Positions 1-13,005 of a stretch of DNA of 64,000 nucleotides are shown here, one piece after another; positions within the stretch are counted from its first letter, which is position 1, and every line of letters begins with the position of its first letter. The translations under genes and the position numbers were made by a program. Source of the stretch: Eledone cirrhosa (Eukaryota); NCBI GenBank assembly GCA_964016885.1, contig CAXHJY010001513.1:30513-94512 (forward strand), in the 5' to 3' direction. Under the pieces are notes generated by a model. The model was not told the origin of the DNA. It did no database searches and saw only the letters and a program-made list of their open reading frames with translations.

Positions 1-26
1 ACATACATATATATATATATATATAT

Positions 27-231
27 AGGAACGAGTAGGACCCCGACGGCTGAGCTCAAGCCGTTTCGACGGCTAATTCTGGACTAAAAGTTTTAGTCCA
101 GAATTACCCGTCGAAACGGCTTGAGCTCAGCCGTCGGGGTCCTACTCGTTCCTATTACCCACTCTACTACCCTAAGTATTGAGTACTTTGGTGCGTTATT
201 GTCCATTTGGTTCCTTACCTCATTTCCTTCG

Positions 232-233
<2 letters not shown>
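27..233 (+). mobile_element. Family A pLTR-like fold-back insertion (arms ~27-89 / 91-153) carrying the 3' half of a hammerhead
   Basis: Near-perfect inverted repeat centred on GGACTAAAA-G-TTTTAGTCC. The right arm has GAAA(113-116)-CGGCT-TGAGCTC-AGCCG-TC(134-135)-GGGG. Flanked by (TA)n on both sides. The same sequence recurs at least 9 times in the window. Confidence 0.8.
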
Positions 234-289
<56 letters not shown>

Positions 290-455
290 TTCAAGGGAGG
301 GGAAGGTGCCTAATCTTTTGAGATTTAACTGCAATGAAGAGATGGTCTTTTGGGAATTGATTGAAGTTTTTGTAGTCAACATGGCCTCAGAAAATCCCAA
401 AACCCAGTCTGCAAAAATAATGTTATTACATCTGAAAATGAATATTAAAAAATCA

Positions 456-484
456 GAGTCCCAACAGGGACGAAATATATTAAA
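456..484 (+). ncRNA. 3' half of a hammerhead ribozyme (stem II GTCCC/GGGAC + GAAA + ATATAT), 5' core missing
   Basis: GA-GTCCC-AACA-GGGAC-GAAA-TATAT-T; no CTGANGA upstream. Confidence 0.35.
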
Positions 485-850
485 TAATAAGAATTAATAA
501 GTTTAAGTCCAATTATGAATGAAAATAAATTAAATACGTGTTCAGAATGTGTGAGTGTGTATCTGTGTACGTATATCTGCATGCGCATGTATATATGTGT
601 GTATGTGTGTGTAACTAAATATGAAAAGTATGTAATTATGATTAAATATTTAAGGCGTTGACTCAAGAAATGCATGATTCTCGCTTATGAGCAAACCAAC
701 AACTGTGAGATTGAGTATTTGTTGTGGTTTAACCTGTTAACCAAAACTACCAAGTTTACAGGAACAGCAGAAGAGCCGATTGTTAGATCGGACCAAGGAA
801 ACTGTTTGCAAAGGGCTTTCTATTGCTGGTACTATCTGCCGGCTGCAAAA

Positions 851-1020
851 CACCACCACCACCACCACCACCAACACCAATATTACACCACCAACACCAA
901 CACCATCACCACCACCACCACCAACACCACCACCACCACCACCACCACCACTACCGCCACCAACACCACCACCAACATCACCACAACCACCACCACCAAC
1001 ACCACCATCACCACCACCAC
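851..1020. repeat. (CAC/CAA)n microsatellite
   Basis: Direct reading. Confidence 0.95.
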
Positions 1021-1061
1021 CTCTATTATATGGGACCCGAGATTAAGCACGTGATTGCGCA

Positions 1062-1146
<85 letters not shown>

Positions 1147-1151
<5 letters not shown>

Positions 1152-1433
1152 TTCAAAATATTAACAAAATAGATATTCTTGTGATCAAGTATATTTTATT
1201 ATGCCAGGGTATGTCATGCATCATCTTATTTTATCTGATGAGGACGTACTGTTGAACTTAACTCAGTACCTCTGAAATATGTATAATAAAATATACTTGA
1301 TCACAAGAATATCTATTTTGTTAATATTTTGAATTAATATTAATAACTCTGGAAAACCTTTTTTACTGTTGAGTGCTTCCAATCTATTGTAAAACTCATT
1401 CTTTGATTTATTCATTGAACCTTGTTTAACTTT

Positions 1434-1437
<4 letters not shown>
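1147..1437 (+). mobile_element. Family D pLTR-like insertion with inverted arm (1147-1202 vs 1283-1339)
   Basis: ~56-bp inverted repeat around a hammerhead, with (TA)n flanks. Homologues at 8690 and 56844. Confidence 0.75.
1227..1293 (+). ncRNA. Type I hammerhead ribozyme (complete, canonical core)
   Basis: Stem I TATTTTAT/ATAAAATA; CTGATGA 1235-1241; stem II GTACTG/CAGTAC; GAAA 1274-1277; short stem III ATA-TG-TAT; predicted cleavage after A1285 (AUA). Confidence 0.8.
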
Positions 1438-1486
<49 letters not shown>

Positions 1487-1663
1487 GCATGTAAGTATGT
1501 ACGTATGTATGCATGTATGTATGCACGTATGTATGTACGTATGTATGCATGTATATATGTATGTACGTATGTATGTATATATGTATATATGTATGTATGT
1601 ATCTACCTATCTATCTTTGTATGTATGTATATATGTATGTACGTATGTATGAAGGTAGGTAGG

Positions 1664-1722
<59 letters not shown>

Positions 1723-1854
1723 AAATGAGCTCGCTGGTTTATGTCAAACATGGCATTCAGTTAAACCTCAGCAAGTACAGAACAATTTAAGTGACAGCAT
1801 CGTGATACATTCTAGTGGGGGTGTGGGGGTGGACAAGGGCTGTCACACAATCCA

Positions 1855-2376
1855 ACTTCATCCTCATCACCATCATCACCATCATCACTGTCATTATCAT
1901 CACCACCACCATCACCACCACCACCATCACCATCACCACCACCACCACCACCACCATCATCACCATTATCATCATCATCACCATCATCACCACCACCACT
2001 ATCACCATCATCACCACCACCACCATCACCATCACCACCACCACCACCACCACCACCACCATCATCACCACCACCACCATCACCATCACAACAGCCACCA
2101 CCACCTCTAACAAAATCATCATTCTAAACACCACCACCACCACCATATATATATATATACACACACACACACAGGTACGCGCACACACATCTACACACAC
2201 ACATGTACACACATCTACACCCAAACACACACACACACGCATACACACACACACACACACACACACATACACACACACACACACATGTACACACATCTAC
2301 ACACACACACACACACACATCTACACACACACACACACATGTACACACATCTACACACACACACACACACACACAC

Positions 2377-2413
<37 letters not shown>

Positions 2414-2440
2414 CACACACACACACACACACATCTACCC
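1855..2440. repeat. (CAT/CAC)n followed by (CA)n-derived minisatellite
   Basis: Direct reading. Confidence 0.95.
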
Positions 2441-2794
2441 ACGTTTATGATGTTTTCTGTTGTCTTCATATTTTTCTTCTCTTGAAATAACCTGAAAGTT
2501 TCAATCTTTGACCTTTTCTTGTTCACCGATCAAAACACCCCCCCCCCCTCTTTCTCTCTCTCACACACTCTCTCTCTTTCTCTCTCTCTCTCTATATATA
2601 TATCTCACATACATCTCTCTCTCTCTCTCACACACATCTCTCTCTCTCACACACATCTCTCTCTCTCACACACACTCTCTCTCTCTCTCTCTCTTACACA
2701 GATCTCTCTCTCTCACACACATCTCTCTCTCACACACTCTCTCTCTCACTCTCTCACACACACATCTCTCTCTCTCTCTCTCTCACACACTCTC

Positions 2795-2831
<37 letters not shown>

Positions 2832-3052
2832 GACATCTCTTGCACTCTCTCTCTCTCGCCGCCGCCACACATCTATTTCACTCTTCCTCTCACCCACTCA
2901 CACACACACACACACACACACTCATTCACACACAAACATATAGATCCCAGATTAAAGATCTTTCTCTTTCATACACACGCACACACACACACACACACAA
3001 ACATATAGATCCCAGATTAGAGATCTTTCTCTTTCATACACACGCACACACG

Positions 3053-3083
<31 letters not shown>

Positions 3084-3109
3084 ACACTCACACACACAAA
3101 CACACATAT

Positions 3110-3205
3110 ATTGTAAGTATGTTTTGAAACTGCGAGCAAGTTTGAAACTTGAAACAGAAGCTTTCGCCATGTTTTTGTCTAAAGAAGTTTTAGCCCGAGT
3201 GTGGA
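3110..3205 (-). mobile_element. Family F pLTR-like fragment (3' half hammerhead GAAAGCTTC)
   Basis: Reverse complement matches the right arm of 9679-9835; another fragment lies near 53505. Confidence 0.55.
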
Positions 3206-3323
3206 AAAGGATGAGTATTGACGTACATGGGAGTCGAACCCGCATCTTTGGTTATCCAGACCACTGTGTTAGCATTACACCAACACATCACCCATCTCCT
3301 TCCATTTATATAAGCTCATTAGC

Positions 3324-3386
<63 letters not shown>

Positions 3387-3404
3387 ACACACACACACAC
3401 ACAC

Positions 3405-3437
<33 letters not shown>

Positions 3438-3577
3438 TTACTATGTATGGACTACCTTACTTATTGTGGTTACTCCCGATTGAGTTGTTTTTTTTTAATT
3501 ATAAAAACGAGATGTCCTGCACAAGGTAAACAAATCGAAAATGCAACTGGAGTCTTTTTAAGAATATTTATTTGTTT

Positions 3578-3614
3578 CCTTTACCGGTTTCACAGTTCTT
3601 CTGCTTTTCAAAAG
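3578..3614 (-). ncRNA. Decayed hammerhead
   Basis: Minus strand CTT-TTGAAAA-GCAG-AAGAA-CTGT-GAAA-CCGG-TA-AAG; palindromic stem III ACCGGT; the core has 2 mismatches. Confidence 0.45.
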
Positions 3615-4041
3615 TAGTTTTTATCGCATCTGGACAGAAGCACTCCGTGTTTTTAAGTTGATGGTATGCGAATAAATAGTAATTATAGCTGTAATATCAA
3701 CAATTGGCACTAACATAGCGTGTTTCATAACAGAGGTGTGTATGGTAGCCTATACAATTGGCATAGAAGAGTTTTGTTATGAATATTTTAACCTATGATC
3801 ATTTCGTAGCTATCTCAGTTGCTGTGTAACAATGCCGTATTTCAACATATTTATCCATCTTCAGTGACGTTTACTCAGTCGGTTTTAGTAATTCCACTAC
3901 ATAATATGAGGAATAGTAATATGTTGACTAAGTCTTGTTATTTCTGGACCCGGGTATCTCATTAATTGCTCACCCACCCCCACCAATCCACTCCCACATC
4001 CTATTGGATAACACACCACCCCATATAGATTTCTTCTTCTT

Positions 4042-4072
<31 letters not shown>

Positions 4073-4134
4073 TTCTTCTTCTTCTTCTTCTTCTTCTTCT
4101 TCGCACACTCCAGCTCCCTAATTTTCCCCTCTCT

Positions 4135-4328
<194 letters not shown>

Positions 4329-4408
4329 TATCTATATATATATACAGATATCTATATATCTATCTATCTATATATATATATATACAGATATCTATATATC
4401 TATCTATA

Positions 4409-4482
<74 letters not shown>

Positions 4483-4631
4483 CACCCCCCCCAGCCATCC
4501 ACCACGTCTACATACAACACCCACCCAGATAAAGTTGTTACTAGATATATTAGCTTATCATGATGGGATATTTTTTTAACAGAGATATATTTGATAAATG
4601 TCTATGTATACACACAGACACACACACAGAG

Positions 4632-4663
<32 letters not shown>

Positions 4664-4801
4664 ACACACACACACACAGACACACACACACACAGAGACA
4701 CACACACACACACAGAGACACACACACACACACACACACACACAGAGACACACACGCAGACACAAGCATATACGCATACACTCATACACACACACACACA
4801 C

Positions 4802-4841
<40 letters not shown>

Positions 4842-5106
4842 GTGAACATATATATGTATATATATGTATATATATGTGTATATATGTATATATATATATG
4901 TATGTATATATATATATATATATATATACACGTGTGTGTTTCTGTGTGTGAGTGTGACTGTATATGTGCGTGTCCATATATATGCATCGATGTATGTATA
5001 TGCATGTATATATGCATGTATGTATGTATGTATGTATGTATGTATGTATGTATGTATGTATGTATGTATGTATGTATGTATGTATGTATGTATGTATGCA
5101 TGCATG

Positions 5107-5146
<40 letters not shown>

Positions 5147-5993
5147 TGTGTGTGTGTATATATTTTGACTGTAGATCAGATAGGAGTATGAGATTTTAAC
5201 TTGCACTGTTATTTTACGTGGCTGGGTACATGGATCTAGAGAGGTGTGTGTGTATATTTGTAGTACTAGTGGTAGGGTGTCAGTCAGGGTGTATTAGTTG
5301 TGAACATGGGGCGCTAGGGTGTGTTTGTGGTTTAGACGTGTGTGTTCAGGCGGGAGCTAGGGTTAAATAGGAAAGGAATATATCTAGCAGACTCTTTATC
5401 TTTATATGATATCCACGTGGTGAATTTCTGGCTCAAAGCTCACCTCATATATAGTTATCACATATGCTATCATCACCGTTCAAGTAAAAACTCCCATTAC
5501 ATTACCATCATCTCACTTCTATTTATTACTAACCAACCAGTCGCAAGAGACTAACACAAGATACTTTGCGGTTTCTGCTCTGGTTCTTTCTCTCTCTCTG
5601 TCTGTCTCCCCTCCCCCTCTCTCTCTCCCTCTCACTGTCTCTCTGTCTGTCTGTCTCGCTGTCTCTCTGTCTGCCTCTCTCTCTCTCTTCTCTGAGTTCA
5701 AATCCCACCAATGTTCTTCTACTTTCTATCTCACCCCGCCCCCAAACTTGATATATAATCTAAGGTATTACAGTATTTTTGTTTCAGCTCTCTGTTCTTC
5801 CATTTCCAATCATACGGAGTTTAACTTTCCATTTACCCACCCCATCCTTGGCACCGGTCGTCGATTAAAGCAAGAATTTGCCTCGATTCTTTGAACTCTG
5901 AGGTCCAATCTTGCGGAGGTCAATTTTGATTTACATCACTCCGCGGTCGATAAAGTGAAATGAAATATATATATATATGCATATATATATATA

Positions 5994-6049
<56 letters not shown>

Positions 6050-6059
6050 TATATATATA

Positions 6060-6144
<85 letters not shown>

Positions 6145-6185
6145 TGAAGTGTCCGTTGAAAACAGAAAAAGTCATAGGAGTGTAC

Positions 6186-7147
6186 CACAACTCGCTGAAA
6201 CCCCAGAACCTCTGTCCAGAGTTATCTCCGCCACTATAGACAGGTCATACCACCATCGCCGAGACTACGAGAAAATACGCCTAACGCAAAAATTTCTCAA
6301 ACTCAGCACGGCTAACCGTCTTAACAACATCCCAACTCTAAGCACCAACAGAGGCGAACAAGACGGCACCAACACCGAACCTAGCGGCACCCCGACCAAC
6401 AACACACCTGACACAAAACACCTCGTCACAGACTTGACAGGATCCCTCTCCCGAGAGGAATTAGAACTCCTCAGCCTGGGTCCCAAGTTCATATTGAAAC
6501 AGAGACTGGACGACAAATTATGGCTCGACATAGAAACGAATTTCTGTCGGGCTGCCTACCAACTAAAATGGATATCGACTCTCGACAACAGCACCACGGA
6601 ATCTATCAAACCCAGATTCCAGATATACCAACTGGATCGCCCACTCTGTCCACCGCCTGCCAACCGCGAGCTTGAAGAAAAACTCTCGAGGCTAAAACAT
6701 TCCGTATTTAACATCTTACGGAAACAGAAGAAGATAGCCCCAAACCTCTCAAGGACACAACAACTCGCCCTGAAGAACCTACGGAATAGGGAACTTATAT
6801 ACTTACCATCCGACAAAGGTAAAGAGTTTTGCGTCATCTCTCAAGCCACATACAACAACCTAGCCTTTGAACACTTAAGTGACAATGAATTATATACAGA
6901 GATCCCGGACATGACTGCAGCTCAGATCGAAAAGCAGACCAACTCCATCTGGTTCGATATCTGCAGAAGACAACTCCCAAATAAAGTTAAGCTCAACTAC
7001 ACCACTAGAAATAGCAGACTGCCCACTTTCTACCACCTCATCAAGACCCACAAGAATAGTACTAAGACGCAAATAAGACCCATCGTCTCTAGCATAGAAG
7101 GACCCCTATACACAATTTCCTGGCTCCTCTCCCAGGTCCTCAAATAA
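6186..7147 (+). pseudogene. PLE polyprotein, N-terminal region and start of RT
   Basis: Motifs [65 protein letters not shown] are typical of PLE N-terminus/RT fingers. Ends in a stop at the deletion junction. The part of ORF 5960..7147 upstream of ~6140 is only TA repeat. Confidence 0.85.
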
Positions 7148-7169
7148 AATATACACAACATTCTCCAGC

Positions 7170-8009
7170 ATGGACGCCAGTATAAAGTTCAGCATGGAAC
7201 ACCCCGATGACCGCGGATCCCTATCCCTACTGGACTTCCAACTCAGGGTAACAGAAGAAGGCAGCATCCACACCTGCTTCTATAAAAAAAAAGCCGCCAG
7301 CAGGGACCTGTTCGTACATTTCAGATCGGCCCTCCCAGCCGGCGCTAAGTTCGGATACATAAGGAACGAACTAACACGTATCCGAAACAAATGCACCGAC
7401 GCTAGAGACCGAGACACACACACCACACATTTCCTGGAAGTACTCAAACTGAACGGATACACGACATCCACCACAAACCGTGCCAGAAAGAACAGAGGAC
7501 ACCACACCCGAGGCACTAACACTTGTTTCCTGAAACTCCCACACTTCAGTGACGAAACAACAACAGCCATCCGCAGAGCTATCAGACGAGAGGGACTAGA
7601 TATCCAACTGGCCCACTCAGGTCCTTCTCTACGTGGACGGCTAACCAAAAGACACTCCACCAGACATGACAACTGCTGCAGGCTAGCCAATTGCCCCATC
7701 AACGACACAGACCTATGCCACCAGGCTTACGTCGTATACAGACTAGAGTGTGACAAATGCAGCAACTTCTACGTAGGTAGCACCACCAGACCACTCCACA
7801 TAAGAATAAAAGAACACCTCAATACTAACGCTTCCTCATTTAAGAAACACCTAGTTAAATGCAAAAACACCGACAAAACCATAACAGTTAGGATAGAAAC
7901 TAAGGAAAGAAACCTCGGCAATCTTAGAATTAAGGAAGCACTAATTATAGACAAAACACAATCACCAATCAATAATAGACTAGAACTCAACACCCAATTT
8001 ATAACTTGA
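7170..8009 (+). CDS. PLE RT thumb + GIY-YIG endonuclease (open, 279 aa; part of a deleted element)
   Basis: IKFSME..SLSLLDFQL..FYKK..HFRSALP (PLE RT end/thumb); VVYRLECDKCSNFYVGSTTRPLHIRIKEH..IKEALII..INNR (GIY-YIG with catalytic R/E-type motifs). Confidence 0.85.
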   Translation: MDASIKFSMEHPDDRGSLSLLDFQLRVTEEGSIHTCFYKKKAASRDLFVHFRSALPAGAKFGYIRNELTRIRNKCTDARDRDTHTTHFLEVLKLNGYTTSTTNRARKNRGHHTRGTNTCFLKLPHFSDETTTAIRRAIRREGLDIQLAHSGPSLRGRLTKRHSTRHDNCCRLANCPINDTDLCHQAYVVYRLECDKCSNFYVGSTTRPLHIRIKEHLNTNASSFKKHLVKCKNTDKTITVRIETKERNLGNLRIKEALIIDKTQSPINNRLELNTQFIT

Positions 8010-8423
8010 TAGAGCATCTAGCCCCATATTTACGCCCCCCACACACGCACACACACACACGCACGCACACACACACGCTTACACCTCCACTTATTCTCTC
8101 TCACACACACACATACACACACAAAGACCAGTTCTAACACGAGATAACATCTATCCCCCACATTTACGTATAGACATATCTTCTCACACTCACACACACA
8201 CACTCACATACTTACACCTTCATGCATTCTCCCACACTCTTAAACAGGCATGTACAAAATATATTAAAAAAAAAAATAAATAAATAAACCCTTTTAAAGG
8301 GAGACTACTTTTTATCCACCTAACCTAACTCTTTGACATTAGAGATAGAACAGATACTCTATACCATTTCCTGTCAGCATGAATGGCAATCTATTTAGAA
8401 CACTGGTTTAACCGCTTTACTTC

Positions 8424-8458
8424 CCTCCGAAGAAGAGATATTATCTCGAAAATTAAGG
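8424..8458 (+). ncRNA. Minimal type I hammerhead in the PLE 3' pLTR (CCGAAGA core)
   Basis: CCT-CCGAAGA-A-GAGATA-T-TATCTC-GAAA-ATT-A-AGG; palindromic AATT stem III; in the expected position downstream of the PLE ORF. Confidence 0.7.
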
Positions 8459-8589
8459 ACATTTAAATAATTCTAAGGTAAAAGACGAATTGTCAACAAT
8501 ATCTTTTGCATTTGCATTCTTTATTCTATGTCCATACCTGCATTGTTTTGGCTTTATTATACATATACAAACGTTTATACCTCATTACA

Positions 8590-8644
8590 CAATGCTTCAA
8601 TGCTCAATGCTTCAATGCTTCAATGCTTCAATGCTTCAATGCTT
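8590..8644 (+). repeat. (CAATGCTT)x7 tandem at the PLE 3' terminus
   Basis: Seven units, one of them 7 nt, immediately before CCTC(TA)n. Confidence 0.9.
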
Positions 8645-8645
8645 C

Positions 8646-8689
<44 letters not shown>

Positions 8690-8693
<4 letters not shown>

Positions 8694-8793
8694 TTATCTG
8701 TTGAAAGCACACCATAATTTAACTTGGTGTCCTTGAAATATGTATAATGAAATAAATATGGTTTTATAAATATAGTTTCCATTTGTTAATATC

Positions 8794-8795
<2 letters not shown>
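8690..8795 (+). mobile_element. Family D fragment with mutated hammerhead (CTGTTGA)
   Basis: Near-identical to 56844-56950. Stem II ACACCA/TGGTGT, GAAA 8735-8738; A6 is changed to T. Confidence 0.7.
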
Positions 8796-8836
<41 letters not shown>

Positions 8837-8980
8837 GTTATGCAATAAATGTTTAGGGTTATCCTGAATGCAGTAATGGTTAATTACTACACTAGATAGA
8901 GTTGACATACGGTGAGGGGTTACTCAACGGGTTATGGAAGAATAGTCGGAAAAATTTAGTTTCTGATTCCTGAGTATATA

Positions 8981-9337
8981 TAAAGAATGAATAATAACAG
9001 GTGGACACCATAAAAAGGTAATTTATTCCGAGTGCTTACAAATGTTTCAACAGTAGTTATACAGCCAAGTCATGCTATGTGCAATTGATAATTAATAATT
9101 ATTTGATTGCTGAAACTCAATTTTCAAATGCTGCGACTACCATTTCCTCAGAGCAGAATCAGAATTCTGCTCTGAGGAAATGGTAGTCGCAGCATTTGAA
9201 AATGGAGTTTCAGCAATCAAATAATTATTAATTATCAATTGCACATAGCATGACTTGGCTGTATAACTACTGTTGAAACATTTGTAAGCACTCGGAATAA
9301 ATTACCTTTTTATGATGTCCACCTGTTATTACTCATT

Positions 9338-9342
<5 letters not shown>
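8981..9342. mobile_element. Symmetric ~179-bp-arm palindrome with a complete hammerhead in each arm
   Basis: Arms 8981-9159 / 9164-9342, 4-nt spacer, few mismatches, TA flanks. Confidence 0.85.
9168..9290 (+). ncRNA. Type I hammerhead with ~96-nt branched stem II
   Basis: TGCT-CTGAGGA(9172-9178)-AATGGTAGT...ACTACTGTT-GAAA(9275-9278)-CATTTG-TA-AGCA; GUA cleavage after 9286. Mirror copy on the minus strand at 9033-9155. Confidence 0.75.
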
Positions 9343-9396
<54 letters not shown>

Positions 9397-9643
9397 ATAA
9401 ACAACATAAGTTAATTATTTCATTTACCAGTGGTTTCTTGAAGACAGATATTTATGTCTGTCTTCATTCATCAGAAGAAATAATATGAAATATTTTTTAA
9501 TATGTATTTGAAAACAGAGTTTAGGATAAATGAAAGTGAGGCTGAAATAAAATAACGGGCAAAAATTGAGGGGGAAAAAAAGGTCTGTAGCCTACATAGA
9601 GCACTCTCTTTTCCTTTACCTTTCCTACGGAAATACTTCATTT

Positions 9644-9678
<35 letters not shown>

Positions 9679-9680
<2 letters not shown>

Positions 9681-9833
9681 GAAGCTTTCGCTGTATTTTG
9701 ACTAGAGAACTTTTAGCCTGATAGTAGGGTTCTAAACCCCACTACCAGGCTAAAAGTTCTTTAGTAAAAAAATACGGCGAAAGCTTCTATTTCTAATTTC
9801 AAATTCGCTCGCTGTTTCAAAACAAACTTACTT

Positions 9834-9835
<2 letters not shown>
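9679..9835 (+). mobile_element. Family F fold-back insertion (3' half hammerhead GAAAGCTTC)
   Basis: Imperfect inverted repeat ~9679-9731 / 9734-9789 plus a unique tail; TA flanks. Confidence 0.7.
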
Positions 9836-9902
<67 letters not shown>

Positions 9903-10254
9903 TGTGTGTGAGTGTGTGTGGATGTGTGTGTGTGTAATATAAGGCAAAGAGCCGATAGGTCATGTTCTGTATAAGAAAGAGAAAAATAGCAGTCACACTA
10001 AGAATCGAACTTGTTTCTCCAGTTTTACATCTTTGTACCAGTGTGAGCCTACATGTACTCCATAAAACGCGTGTGTGTATATAGATATATACACATACAA
10101 CCAGAAACACATGCATACATATATACATACATAAACACCCGCAAATCCACAAACCATACAGACACAAACGTGTCTACATATGCAACAGAAACACACACGT
10201 ACTCCCTAATACCTACACACACACACTCATATGTATATATGAATACATATATAT

Positions 10255-10331
<77 letters not shown>

Positions 10332-10431
10332 CATACATACACACACACATATATATATATATATACACATTTATATATATATACACATATATATATATAT
10401 ATATATTTACATATATATATATATATATATT

Positions 10432-10464
<33 letters not shown>

Positions 10465-10694
10465 ATATATATATATATTTACATACGTACACACACATAT
10501 ATATATATATTTATATATATATATATATTTACATACGTACACACACATATATATATACATTTATATATATATATATATTTACATACATACACACACATAT
10601 ATATATATATACATTTATATATATATATATTTACATACATACACACACATATATATATATATATATATACACATTTATATATATATACATACAA

Positions 10695-10755
<61 letters not shown>

Positions 10756-11079
10756 CATACACGCACACACACACATATATATATATACACATAGGCACAT
10801 ACATATACATCTAGTTATACACACAACTACATGCCGACCGTTTGAGGGGTTGCCGGGTAACATTTGACGGGTAAATTTCCAGACAGGTTCATTATACAAT
10901 TAGTGGGTTTATTGGCACCTAAAAGAGGATCCCGGGTGTAGGGGAGGTGTGGGTGTGGGTGTGGGGATATAGGGATGTATGTGTAGGGGCAGGCCAATTT
11001 AGGGCTCAGTTCAGAGGCCGTGCACTCTATTCCACTTGAGGACACTACAGTTGATGAAACATTAGGAGGAAAACAGGGA

Positions 11080-11740
11080 TGTTGTTGTTGTTGTTGGTGG
11101 TGGTGTTGGTGGTGGTGGTGGTGGTGGTGGTGGTGTTGTTGTTGTTGGTGGTGGTGGTGGTGTTGGTGTTGTTGTTGGTGTTGTTGGTGTTGGTGGTGGT
11201 GTTGTTGTTGGTGTTGTTGTTGTTGGTGGTGTTGGTGGTGGTGTTGGTGTTGGTGGTGTTGTTGTTAGTGTTGTTGGTGTTGGTGGTGGTGGTGGTGTTG
11301 GTGGTGTTGGTGGTGTTGTTGGTGGTGGTGTTGGTGTTGGTGGTGGTGTTGTTGTTGGTGTTGGTGGTGGTGTTGTTGTTGGTGGTGGTGGTGTTGTTGT
11401 TGGTGATGGTGTTGTTGTTGGTGGTGTTGGTGTTGGTCGTGGTGTTGGTATTGTTGTTGTTGTTAGTGTTGTTGGTGGTGGTGGTGGTGGTGTTGGTGTT
11501 GGTGTTAGTGTTGTTGGTGTTGTTGTTGTTGTTAGTGGTGGTGGTGGTGGTGGTGTTGGTGGTGTTGTTGTTGTTAGTGTTGTTGGTGGTGTTGTTGGTG
11601 GTGGTGGTGGTGGTGGTGTTGTTGTTAGTGGTGGTGGTGGTGTTGTTGTTAGTGTTGTTGGTGGTGGTGGTGTTGTTGTTGTTGGTGGTGCTGGTGGTAT
11701 TACTGTTGTTGTTGTTGTTAGAGGTGATAGTGTTGTTGAT
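11080..11740. repeat. (GTT/GGT)n microsatellite
   Basis: Direct reading. Confidence 0.95.
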
Positions 11741-11813
11741 TTGCCTAGTACAAGCTTCGATTCTTCCTCTGTAAGAAATTTGCTGTGTTCAGAACTGGAG
11801 AGGGAGAGGCTAG

Positions 11814-11867
<54 letters not shown>

Positions 11868-12114
11868 ATCTCTCTCTCCCTCTCTCTCCTCCCTCTCTGT
11901 TCAGAACTGGAGAGGGATGAGTTCCGCCATGTTTCAAATGTTCTCGAAACGCCACTAGGGCGGCACTACGATTCCTTCAATCTTATTGATGTGAGTGACC
12001 TGTACCTTATTCCAAAATTAGGCGCCATTATGGTGCAATGCCCAGTTTTTAGAGTTTATCTGTTCCAATAGGATCAAATGCAGAGTGGACCTCACCGGTA
12101 TTTGAACACGGAAC

Positions 12115-12142
12115 CTACTACTACTACTACTACCACTACTAT

Positions 12143-12183
<41 letters not shown>

Positions 12184-12503
12184 TTACTACTACTACCACC
12201 ACCACCACCACCACTACTACTACTACTACTATTACTACTACTACCACCACCACCACCACCACTACTACTACTATTACTACTACTACTACTACCACCACCA
12301 CCACTACTACTACTACTACTATTACTACTACTACCACCACCACCACCACCACTACTATTACTACTACTACTACCACCACCACCACTACTACTACTACTAC
12401 TATTACTACTACTACTACCACTACTACTACTACTACTATTACTACTACTACTACCACCACCACCACTACTACTATTACTACTATTACTACTACTACCACC
12501 ACC

Positions 12504-12539
<36 letters not shown>

Positions 12540-12743
12540 GCCACCACCACCACCACTACTACTACTATTACTACTACTACTACCACCACCACCACCACCA
12601 CTACTACTACTATTACTACTACTACTACTACCACCACCACCACCACTACTACTACCACTACTATTACTACTACTACCACTACTATTACTACTACTACCAC
12701 CACCACCACCACCACCACTACTACTACTACTACTGCCACCACC

Positions 12744-12776
<33 letters not shown>
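12115..12776. repeat. (ACT/ACC)n compound microsatellite with periodic ATT units
   Basis: Direct reading. Confidence 0.95.
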
Positions 12777-12923
12777 GATATTAACTAATATTGATATTTT
12801 GGAATATTTCCTTTTGACACATTAATATAAAATGTTTTAATGGCTTAGGATGACCTGTGACCTTTTAGGGGACACGACACAAAGGAGGGATCTTTGTAGA
12901 CAGACAGCCAGTTAGATAGATAG

Positions 12924-13005
<82 letters not shown>

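Larger units (their letters stand above)
6141..8648 (+). mobile_element. Penelope-like retroelement (Penelope/Poseidon-type), 5'-truncated, RT core deleted, inserted in (TA)n
   Basis: Two ORF segments with PLE motifs, a C-terminal GIY-YIG, a CA-rich 3' UTR and a hammerhead at 8424-8458, with (TA)n on both sides. Confidence 0.9.

Noticed and set aside
27-233. Interpreting the palindromic inserts as DNA-transposon MITEs
   Set aside because: The arms are asymmetric, the axes vary between copies, single-arm and inverted-only copies exist, and they contain hammerheads and ORF starts typical of PLE pLTRs.
763-810. CAGAAGA-hairpin-GAAA motif
   Set aside because: No stem III or UH cleavage site between GAAA and the stem I partner.
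7280-7708. Antisense ORFs over the PLE (also 6265-6837 and 7769-8017)
   Set aside because: Shadow ORFs of the sense coding strand with no recognisable motifs.
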